A DNA stretch of 64,000 bases from assembly GCA_045542115.1 (NCBI GenBank), contig JAZQKK010000014.1:338790-402789 (forward strand), written 5' to 3'. The translations under genes and the position numbers were made by a program. The notes beneath the pieces are model-generated. The model searched no databases. It saw only the letters and a list, made by a program, of their open reading frames with translations, and had not been told where the DNA came from. Source of the stretch: Eubacteriales bacterium. GTDB lineage: Bacteria > Bacillota > Clostridia > Oscillospirales > UBA644. Shown in pieces: positions 25,121 through 32,105 of this stretch. Every line of letters starts with the position of its first letter. Position 1 is the stretch's first letter.

Positions 25121-25526
25121 TTACCGCCAGGCAGTCATCGACTTTTTATCCCCCGTTACCGGTCCTATTGCCACGGAGTATCTTTCCAACGCCGACGGAA
25201 GTGTGGCGATGGAAGAATTGCGGGGAGAACCGAATTTCATCTGCTTCATCGACGGAAGCCGCCTCTCCCGATACGACTTTAATCTTTACGTGCGGACTCA
25301 CGGGCGGGATACCGCATCCCGAAACAAAGCCGTGGACACTCTGATGCGGGCAGCCAACAAATGTGCCGCGGAACGTCCCTTTGAAGGAGCGTATCTGGAA
25401 ATGACCGAGTTTCCCTATTTATTCAACCGCAATATGTCGGGAAACGAAGAATACAAAGCGGAGTTTTCCCTCTTTTTTCGCACCCAAAAGCCCGGAGAAA
25501 ACTCCACACAGGAGGCTGAGGTATGA
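25098..25526 (+). CDS. Minor capsid / tail-completion-type protein candidate
   Basis: 142 aa. GTG start after GGGAGGTGA. Call from position. Confidence 0.4.
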   Translation: MGSCWNRNYRQAVIDFLSPVTGPIATEYLSNADGSVAMEELRGEPNFICFIDGSRLSRYDFNLYVRTHGRDTASRNKAVDTLMRAANKCAAERPFEGAYLEMTEFPYLFNRNMSGNEEYKAEFSLFFRTQKPGENSTQEAEV

Positions 25527-25978
25527 TAGAAAAAAGCGACGACAGAGTCTGGATTTACAGCAATATCAGTAAAAAATATCATTTGCTGGGAGCGGGTATC
25601 ACAAGTCTGCGGGAATCCTATCGGAGCACCCTTTTGGAGACGCCGAATATTCATACCGGATTTTGCGGAAGAGAGATCCTGTATCATACGGGACAATTGG
25701 AATTTGACGGTTTCTGGGTCCAAGACACCGCCCAAGAGGTTTTGCGAAGCAAAGCGCTAAAACGAGGAGTCCAAGAATTGGTCACCGTCATCATCGCCAA
25801 CAACAACGGACACCTCAGCGATACCTATTACGATGCCCGCAGGGTGCGGGGTTACGTCTGTCTGGAAAACCCCGGCTCGGGGGAAAGCCCCTACGGGTCC
25901 CGCATCAAAGGGAAAATCGTATACGCCGAAGCACCGGAGGAAGGAATCTTCAATGAATCGACCCAAAACTTTGGCTGA
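25523..25978 (+). CDS. Major tail (tube) protein candidate
   Basis: 151 aa. LGAGITSLRESYRSTLLETPNIHTG...FDGFW pattern and position directly before the Gp15-like gene. Confidence 0.45.
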   Translation: MIEKSDDRVWIYSNISKKYHLLGAGITSLRESYRSTLLETPNIHTGFCGREILYHTGQLEFDGFWVQDTAQEVLRSKALKRGVQELVTVIIANNNGHLSDTYYDARRVRGYVCLENPGSGESPYGSRIKGKIVYAEAPEEGIFNESTQNFG

Positions 25979-26375
25979 CCTGCTGGACGGAACCTATCTC
26001 CCGAAAACCGTGACGGTAGCAGGGATTTCTTATCCGATACGTTGGGATTTTTCCACGGCGCTCCGCTTTATGGAATACGTGGATACGTCCCGGGATGATG
26101 ACGAAACTTTTTTGAAAACCGTCTTAGAGATATGGTATCCGAAAGTCCCCGAAGATACTGACGAAGCATTGACCCAGGTGATTCGTTTTTACTGTGGCGG
26201 AGATTTGCCGGGAGAAGGATATTACACTCCCCTCTTCCCTCCATCGGAAGACTGTACCCCTCTTTACGGGGAATTTACCCGACAGTTTGGAATCGATTTA
26301 CAAAGAGACCCGGTTCATTGGTGGGTCTTCCGCCGGTTGCTGGGACTTTGGAAAGAAAGGAGCAGAACACTGTGA
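25953..26375 (+). CDS. Phage Gp15-family protein (tail-assembly-chaperone position)
   Basis: ISYPIRWDFSTALRF and LYGEFTRQFGIDLQRDPVHWWVFRRLLGL match my recollection of the Gp15 family (I.TDFR...; IYA.F...YGIDL....LHWWKF.AL..GL). Start moved to ATG 25953. Confidence 0.65.
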   Translation: MNRPKTLADLLDGTYLPKTVTVAGISYPIRWDFSTALRFMEYVDTSRDDDETFLKTVLEIWYPKVPEDTDEALTQVIRFYCGGDLPGEGYYTPLFPPSEDCTPLYGEFTRQFGIDLQRDPVHWWVFRRLLGLWKERSRTL

Positions 26376-26521
26376 AACAAGAACAAACGCCCACACCTTC
26401 CATAGAACGGGTGGAATTACCCCCGTTGACCTTTCGCCGTCCCGACCCCGCCGACGAGACCGACCGCATCGGACGGGAGATCGTGCGAAGAATGATTGAA
26501 GCCGGGGTGGTGGAACCGTGA
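26372..26521 (+). CDS. 49-aa ORF, or -1 frame extension of the Gp15-like chaperone
   Basis: GTG 26372 in a GTGA overlap, preceded by AAAGGAG. The same frame is open from 26318, which is the -1 frame relative to 25953-26375. Confidence 0.35.
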   Translation: MKQEQTPTPSIERVELPPLTFRRPDPADETDRIGREIVRRMIEAGVVEP

Positions 26522-27570
26522 TAACGTTCCGTATCGGAGGGATCGACCACACCGCGGCTCTGCAAGAAGGAACGTTGGTAATTCGCCATTACGGGGCCTT
26601 GCGATCTACCTTCCGGGCCACCCTGTTTTTCCGAAAGATCCCAAGCCAGATTCCGAAAGCGGGGCAGGAAATTCTCGTGTCGGAAGACGGAGCGCTGCTT
26701 TGGGGCGGAATTCTGGTGGAGACCGAACAGGTCTGCCACAGCACCCAAAGTTGTTCGATAACGCTGCGGGGCCAAGGATATGAACAGATCTTACAACGAT
26801 ACTGTCTTCCCGGGATAGTATTATCCCATCAAACCCCGTCCCAAGCCGTGCAATATCTGTTTCAGAATTATCTCAACCCCGCAGATAATCTGATTCTGGG
26901 CGAGGTAGAACCGGGGATTTCCCAAACCTTTCCTTACACCTTTTTCCCCGCAAAAGCCTCTTCGGTTTTGGACCGATTGGCAAAAGAAAACGGGTTCGTA
27001 TGGTGGGTGGATAAAAATAAGACCTTTTATATGAAATCTAAAATCCCCCAATGGAGTCAAACGCTCTCCATTGACCTGACCCAAACCGAGCCCAATCGAA
27101 TCAACGATCTTCAAACCTTCGTCTACCGGGAATCTACGGCGGATTATAAAAACATTCAGCGGATCTATAACCGAGCCAACGGCGTGGAAGGAGCATATCT
27201 CCACGTAGACCGGCTACGGGAAATGGGTCAACGTTACGGAGGCGGAGAGTATGGAGGAGCGGCGGCAAACTCTGCGGTAACCCACCAAGACGAAGCAAAA
27301 GCGGTAGGGGGACAAATGATGGAATCCAGTCCGGGACTGGGAGAAATCGAATTTACCACCGACCTGAGCGGCTTTGCTCCGGGACAGGTGCTGGGGGTCA
27401 CTGCTCCGGTGTGCGGAATGGAAACAAAACGGTATTTCTGTATTACCGAAATTCGCGCCGTCTATTTTTTTGACCGTTTCCGTTATACCGTAACCGCAAA
27501 ACAGACCGATTCCGGCCCCTTGGCAACCACTTGTTGGGAGGCGATATTGGCAGACGGCGCAACCAATTGA
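26518..27570 (+). CDS. Tail hub / distal-tail-type structural protein
   Basis: 350 aa. N-terminal pattern (IGGIDHT...L.I....G..S.F.A.L...P.AGQEILV...G.LLWGGILV) resembles hub/late-control-D-type tail proteins. GTGA coupling to the previous ORF. Confidence 0.4.
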   Translation: MITFRIGGIDHTAALQEGTLVIRHYGALRSTFRATLFFRKIPSQIPKAGQEILVSEDGALLWGGILVETEQVCHSTQSCSITLRGQGYEQILQRYCLPGIVLSHQTPSQAVQYLFQNYLNPADNLILGEVEPGISQTFPYTFFPAKASSVLDRLAKENGFVWWVDKNKTFYMKSKIPQWSQTLSIDLTQTEPNRINDLQTFVYRESTADYKNIQRIYNRANGVEGAYLHVDRLREMGQRYGGGEYGGAAANSAVTHQDEAKAVGGQMMESSPGLGEIEFTTDLSGFAPGQVLGVTAPVCGMETKRYFCITEIRAVYFFDRFRYTVTAKQTDSGPLATTCWEAILADGATN

Positions 27571-27584
27571 AGAGGTGAAAAACG

Positions 27585-28139
27585 ATGATTATCAAACAAT
27601 ACTTACCCTTCCGGGCTTCTCGGGAGGGATGGATTCCCGACCGACTGTACGTGCAGTTTATCCCACAGGATGCAACGCAGCTGTCCGAAGAATTGACTCG
27701 GCGCACAAAAACCGTCCATTACCATTTAAGCAATGACGGCACGGTAACTGCATTAACTCCCCTGTCTGCCGCCGCAACTTATCTGAACCAAACGGAAGAC
27801 ACGGAAGATTCCCCCGCAAAACGGGGAATCTTGGTGATGATTCAGGGGGAAAAAATTACCGAAGAACAACGGGAACCTCTGCTTCGGCTGTTGAAGGGAA
27901 TCCAAAAGGAGATTTTACGTATCTACGGGGAAGCCTTTCCCTTTTGCCGGGAACGAATCCGTTCCGACCGGGAGCTTTCTCCGGAAATTCTGGAATTGGG
28001 GTATTTGGAGCCGAAAAATCCCCTGCTTTTCCGGGTTCAGACCGGAAATTACCGTACTCGAAAAGACGCGGAAGATAGCGTGGAACGTCTGCAAAAAGCG
28101 GGAATCGCAGCCTACATTACGGAGGTGAGATGCTCGTGA
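27585..28139 (+). CDS. Tail-associated protein with C-terminal SPOR-like peptidoglycan-binding domain
   Basis: LFRVQTGNYRTRKDAEDSVERLQKAGIAAYITEV resembles the SPOR motif (yrVQvGaf..r.nAe....L...G..a.i). The N-terminal part is weakly amidase_2-like (VHYHLSNDGTVTALTP). Confidence 0.5.
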   Translation: MIIKQYLPFRASREGWIPDRLYVQFIPQDATQLSEELTRRTKTVHYHLSNDGTVTALTPLSAAATYLNQTEDTEDSPAKRGILVMIQGEKITEEQREPLLRLLKGIQKEILRIYGEAFPFCRERIRSDRELSPEILELGYLEPKNPLLFRVQTGNYRTRKDAEDSVERLQKAGIAAYITEVRCS

Positions 28140-28594
28140 TACAAACCTTATATCTCACCTTGTCCGGGGGATTTTCCGAGGAAGAAGCCTTTGCGGTTAA
28201 GTCCGACAAAGACCTTTCCACCTTGCGATGCGTTCTGCGGGGATACCGATACGCCCCCTACGACACCGCCTTACTGCGGGCAACGAAACCCGACGGGACG
28301 GTCTGCTATCTTTCGGGCATCAACGACGGAGAAAACGCGTTTCGTTTCACCCTGACCGAGCAGATGACCACCGTTACGGGAGACGTTTTATGTGACGTCA
28401 GCGTCTGTCGGGGGACGGGAACGGTTTCCAGTGACCAATTTATTATCAAAGTGCGCCCCCCTTCGGCGGCGGGGGCGATGACCGCCAGTGAAAGTGAATA
28501 TTTGGGATTTTCGGATTTGATTCTCAACACCGTAGCGGCGGAAGAAATTTCGAACCAAGAAATCAATTCTATATGGGAGGAGGTTGAAGTATGA
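28130..28594 (+). CDS. BppU-N-like baseplate / receptor-binding-module protein
   Basis: 154 aa. ...KPDGTVCYL...FRFTLTEQMTTVTGDVLCDVSV...SDQFIIKV pattern resembles BppU_N (DUF2479). Confidence 0.4.
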   Translation: MLVIQTLYLTLSGGFSEEEAFAVKSDKDLSTLRCVLRGYRYAPYDTALLRATKPDGTVCYLSGINDGENAFRFTLTEQMTTVTGDVLCDVSVCRGTGTVSSDQFIIKVRPPSAAGAMTASESEYLGFSDLILNTVAAEEISNQEINSIWEEVEV

Positions 28595-28728
28595 AATATT
28601 TGAGCGAAAGCGGATTGCGTCATCTTATCAGCAAGATTATGGCGAAATTTACAGAACTGGAAAACACTTCCGGCGGCACGGAAATTTCCACCAGTGAAAT
28701 CGATACGATGTGGGAGGATGCAGCGTAA
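28591..28728 (+). CDS. 45-aa ORF made of fibre N-terminal and C-terminal motifs
   Basis: Own translation: MKYLSESGLRHLISKIMAKFTELENTSGGTEISTSEIDTMWEDAA. ATGA and TAATG coupling to its neighbours. Confidence 0.45.
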   Translation: MKYLSESGLRHLISKIMAKFTELENTSGGTEISTSEIDTMWEDAA

Positions 28729-29858
28729 TGAAATATCTTGGCGAAACCGGTGTAAAACACCTGATTGAAAAAATGAAACGGGAAATCCGGGACTTACAGG
28801 ATTTGATTCTTCCGGAAGAAGACCCCCTTCCCTCCGACCCCATCCAACCCGTAGAATCCTGGTCGGAAGTCAAGTCCATCGTACAAAGCGGACTTGCTCC
28901 TTCTACCTTTGCTTTGGGAGATTTGTTTCAATGCGAACACCAGAAGTTTGGAACACTGACCTGGCAAATCGTAGGATTTGACCAAGAGTCGATTGCAATG
29001 GGAACCGGCACGGAGCACAGTATGACGCTCCAATTGGTCGATCCGTTGCCTTCAATGCCCTTTAACTCCCCCCACGTTCTCCACGAAAATCTGTACACCG
29101 TATCCCCCGGAACTTATACGACTCAACTTCCCAGCGGATATTTTCCTTCCAATAACGTATCCTTCGTTTTAGACCGGGAAATTCCCCCGAACAGCAAATT
29201 TATTCTTCGGGTTCCCGACGACGAGAATCTGTCAGAAGTGAAAATGTACATTCATACGTCCAACGACGAAATTTTTCATTATCCCGTCACGTGGGAGAAC
29301 AGCGGAATCGCATTGGAAATGATGGCGTTTGACGAACGGGCTTATTGGGGATGGAATTTTTGGATTGATTGCGATATCGACCAATATCTGAACTCGTACG
29401 AAAGTGCGGGAAACGTCTGGAATCAACTGCAATATCCCTTTGGATGGCCCTTGTGGAAAAACACGGAAGACGGATTTATCCGGGGATTGGAATCCTCGTT
29501 CTGCGATGTTTTGGCCAACGTCAAACAACCTTTTTACGACCAAGACCTGGGGGCTGTGGATTCGAACCAGAGCAGAATGTTCTATCTTCCTACCCTAACG
29601 CAGGTATATGGGGCGAGCACCGATGATTACCATCCCTGCCCCGCCTATTCCTATTACACCACAGATACAATTCCCGGAGACTCGGAACAGGAAAACCGGA
29701 AAAAGACCCGGGACGGCCAGCCCTGCGCCTGGTGGCTGAGAACGCCCGTATCCGGGAAAAATACCCATCTTTATGTCGTGGATACGGACGGCTCGATTGT
29801 TGAAAAACCCGCGTCCAACGATTCGGTAGGCATTGCACCGATGTGCTGTATCGCATAA
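28728..29858 (+). CDS. Tail fibre / receptor-binding protein with WWLR(T/S)P-type C-terminal domain (DUF6273-like)
   Basis: MKYLGETGVKHLIEKMK N-terminus is typical of phage fibres. C-terminal ...PCAWWLRTPVSG...VGIAPMCCIA. Start moved to ATG 28728. Confidence 0.55.
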   Translation: MKYLGETGVKHLIEKMKREIRDLQDLILPEEDPLPSDPIQPVESWSEVKSIVQSGLAPSTFALGDLFQCEHQKFGTLTWQIVGFDQESIAMGTGTEHSMTLQLVDPLPSMPFNSPHVLHENLYTVSPGTYTTQLPSGYFPSNNVSFVLDREIPPNSKFILRVPDDENLSEVKMYIHTSNDEIFHYPVTWENSGIALEMMAFDERAYWGWNFWIDCDIDQYLNSYESAGNVWNQLQYPFGWPLWKNTEDGFIRGLESSFCDVLANVKQPFYDQDLGAVDSNQSRMFYLPTLTQVYGASTDDYHPCPAYSYYTTDTIPGDSEQENRKKTRDGQPCAWWLRTPVSGKNTHLYVVDTDGSIVEKPASNDSVGIAPMCCIA

Positions 29859-29872
29859 AAGGAGAGGAATCA

Positions 29873-30028
29873 ATGTTTCACTATCAACAAAATCTTTCCT
29901 TTCGGGCAAAATTGCTGAAAGAAAAGAAGCGGAAAAAAGCAGCCTTAAAACAACGGTTGGAAAAGGCGAAGACCGTAAAGCAGCTCCGTGGAATTCTGAT
30001 GCAAGCCCTGGAAGAAGGAATCTTATGA
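29873..30028 (+). CDS. Small basic coiled-coil protein
   Basis: 51 aa (MFHYQQNLSFRAKLLKEKKRKK...). AAGGAGAGG RBS. Confidence 0.4.
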   Translation: MFHYQQNLSFRAKLLKEKKRKKAALKQRLEKAKTVKQLRGILMQALEEGIL

Positions 30029-30288
30029 TTTGGCAATCCATCATCACCGCAGCGGCGGTGGTCAGCGGACTGACGGTCCTGGGTGCCGCGGCAGTCAAAA
30101 TCGTTCGATTTTGGCTGGACCAAAAAAATCAGGACCGGGAAATTGACCAGGTCAAACGGGAGATGGGGCTAATTTGTTACGGCGTTTTGGCCTGTCTGGA
30201 CGGATTAAAGCAAATGGGTTGCGACGGAAACGTGACCCAGGCAAAAAACGACCTGGAAAAGTATCTGAACAAAACCGCCCATCAATAA
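30025..30288 (+). CDS. Membrane protein of the lysis cassette (XhlA/holin-accessory-like)
   Basis: 87 aa with one N-terminal TM (IWQSIITAAAVVSGLTVLGAAAV). ATGA coupling. Position before the holin and lysin. Confidence 0.45.
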   Translation: MIWQSIITAAAVVSGLTVLGAAAVKIVRFWLDQKNQDREIDQVKREMGLICYGVLACLDGLKQMGCDGNVTQAKNDLEKYLNKTAHQ

Positions 30289-30304
30289 GAAAGGAGTTTC
30301 TTCG

Positions 30305-30517
30305 ATGAAAGAATGGCTTTACCGGGCATTGCGAACCTTCGGACAGGCAATGCTGGGGTATTTGGCCGCCAATCTGTTGGCGGTAGTGACCCAAGCCGAC
30401 GTGAGTGACCCCACCGGGTTTGCAAATACCCTGTTGGGGTTGTTTGCGGCGGCAGTGGCGGCAGGACTTGCCGCGCTAATGAACCGAGGAAAAGGAGAAC
30501 ACACCGATGACCAATAA
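30305..30517 (+). CDS. Phage holin
   Basis: 70 aa, two TM segments, charged C-terminus. The N-terminal WLYRALRTFGQAMLGYL pattern is common in Firmicute phage holins. Confidence 0.65.
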   Translation: MKEWLYRALRTFGQAMLGYLAANLLAVVTQADVSDPTGFANTLLGLFAAAVAAGLAALMNRGKGEHTDDQ

Positions 30518-31268
30518 AGAATTCGTGGCAAAATTGCTGGACATTGCAAAGAATCACAAGACCGTCTATATGATGGGTACCTTTGGGGCTCCGGTCAGCG
30601 AAAATCTGATCGTGCAGAAAACCAAACAGTATCCCGATTATTATTCGGCGGGTCGGCGAACTCTTCTGAAAGGAAAAATCCCCTTAGGAGCTTGGGGATT
30701 TGACTGCGTTGGCCTCATCAAAGGTGTGCTCTGGGGCTGGACGGGGAATCGGAACGCCTCGTTCGGCGGTGCAAAATACCGGTCCAACGACGTTCCCGAC
30801 ATCTGTGCCAATACGATGGCAAAACGTTGTCTGGACCGAACAGAGACAATGGAACACCTTCTCCCCGGAGAAGCGGTTTATATGAACCGGCACATCGGCA
30901 TTTACGTGGGAGACGGGAAGGTGGTGGAATCCACGCTGATTGGAAAATACGACGGCGTGGTAATCACGGACCTGTCCTTCCGTAAGTGGCTTGGCCACGG
31001 AAAATTGCCTTGGATTACCTATGAACCGGAAGATGAATCCACCGATTCCGAAGCAGAAAACACACCCATTCAAGTAGGTGACACCGTCATCTTTTCCGGG
31101 GGAAAACATTACGTTTCTTCCAACGGAAGTTTGGGATACAAGGCAAAACCCGGCCCCGCAAAGGTCACAAAATACCTTCCCGGAAGGAAACATCCCTATC
31201 ACTTGATTCACACCGATAAAACTTCTAACGTTTACGGCTGGGTCAACGAGGAAACCGTTTCCAAATAA
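30507..31268 (+). CDS. Endolysin: NlpC/P60 cysteine peptidase + C-terminal SH3-like wall-binding domain
   Basis: FDCVGLIKGV (catalytic Cys) and HIGIYVGDGKVVES (His). C-terminal VGDTVIFSGGKHYVSS...VYGWVNEETV. Confidence 0.8.
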   Translation: MTNKEFVAKLLDIAKNHKTVYMMGTFGAPVSENLIVQKTKQYPDYYSAGRRTLLKGKIPLGAWGFDCVGLIKGVLWGWTGNRNASFGGAKYRSNDVPDICANTMAKRCLDRTETMEHLLPGEAVYMNRHIGIYVGDGKVVESTLIGKYDGVVITDLSFRKWLGHGKLPWITYEPEDESTDSEAENTPIQVGDTVIFSGGKHYVSSNGSLGYKAKPGPAKVTKYLPGRKHPYHLIHTDKTSNVYGWVNEETVSK

Positions 31269-31274
31269 TCGGTC

Positions 31275-31301
31275 GGGGCGGTCTGAATTTCAGACCGCCC
31301 C
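31275..31301 (+). terminator. Stem-loop closing the phage-like cluster
   Basis: GGGGCGGTCTGA-att-TCAGACCGCCCC; weak U-tract. Confidence 0.55.
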
Positions 31302-31306
31302 ACGAC

Positions 31307-31335
31307 TTGACAAGAAAGAAAAAAAAGGGTATAAT
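31307..31335 (+). promoter_or_regulatory. Consensus promoter of the ygjP-like gene
   Basis: TTGACA-17 nt-TATAAT. Confidence 0.6.
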
Positions 31336-31347
31336 AAAAAAAACGAG

Positions 31348-31866
31348 GTGATTTTTGTGGAATACCGATTGCTTCGCAGCAGACGAAAAACCATTGCTTT
31401 GCGGGTCTGTCCCGACGGAACGGCAGAAGTGCGGGCTCCCTTGACAATGAGCCGAAAACAGATTGACGCCTTTGTACAAAAGCATCAGGAATGGTGGAGC
31501 AAAACGATTCAATCCACCCAACGGCGAAGGGTTTTCGAACGGGAAATCGACGAAAAAGAACCTTTTCTGCGAAAACAGGCGGAAGAATACCTTCCCCGAC
31601 GGACGGCAGAATGGGCGGCCGTGATGGGAGTACGTCCCACAGGAATCAAAATCACCTCGGCAAAGACCCGGTTTGGGTCTTGCAGTCCGAAAAACGGCAT
31701 TTGCTATTCCTGGCGGCTGATGGCTTACCCCCTCAAAGGGGTGGATTACGTCATCGTGCACGAATTAGCCCATATTTTACAAAAAAATCACTCGGCAAAG
31801 TTTTACGCCGTCGTTCAAAAATACCTTCCCGATTGGAAAGAACGAAGGAAATTATTGCAAAAATAG
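31348..31866 (+). CDS. YgjP-like (DUF45) M48-family metallohydrolase
   Basis: VIVHELAHILQKNHSAKFYAVVQKYLPDWKERRKLL is the family signature (HExxH...NHS..F). Confidence 0.8.
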   Translation: MIFVEYRLLRSRRKTIALRVCPDGTAEVRAPLTMSRKQIDAFVQKHQEWWSKTIQSTQRRRVFEREIDEKEPFLRKQAEEYLPRRTAEWAAVMGVRPTGIKITSAKTRFGSCSPKNGICYSWRLMAYPLKGVDYVIVHELAHILQKNHSAKFYAVVQKYLPDWKERRKLLQK

Positions 31867-31898
31867 AACGCGAAAGAATTTCTCTTTCGCGGTCTATT

Positions 31899-32090
31899 TT
31901 AATTCTGGTTTTGCACGCTTTTGTATTCGTCATACCAACGAAAATAGGGACAGGTCGAACCGGGACGGGCGTAATGCAACGCCTCGTCTTCGTCCAAGGT
32001 CAGACTGCAAGCCATACAGTCGAAGGCTTCGTCGAATTCGTAATACAAACAACATTCACAACGGCTTTGGAGCTTTTTCTTTTCCGACAT
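31899..32090 (-). CDS. Small Cys-rich acidic protein (zinc-ribbon-like)
   Basis: 63 aa. CECC...C..C...CPYF and a DEY tail. Confidence 0.5.
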   Translation of the reverse strand: MSEKKKLQSRCECCLYYEFDEAFDCMACSLTLDEDEALHYARPGSTCPYFRWYDEYKSVQNQN

Positions 32091-32105
32091 CGTATCCCCC
32101 GAATT

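Larger units (their letters stand above)
19715..31301 (+). mobile_element. Phage-derived structural + lysis gene cluster lacking integrase, repressor, replication and tape-measure genes (GTA-/PBSX-like candidate or prophage remnant)
   Basis: 21 co-directional ORFs, mostly with 1-26-nt overlaps or short gaps, running from a TerS-like gene to an endolysin. Host genes lie on both sides. Confidence 0.7.

Noticed and set aside
28728-29858. Diversity-generating retroelement target (fibre with a C-terminal variable-looking domain)
   Set aside because: The window has no reverse transcriptase gene, and I noticed no template-repeat copy of the 3' end.
19715-31301. Intact inducible prophage
   Set aside because: The cluster has no integrase, repressor, replication or tape-measure genes, and I noticed no flanking direct repeats. 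It is too small (about 11.6 kb) to be an autonomous tailed phage.
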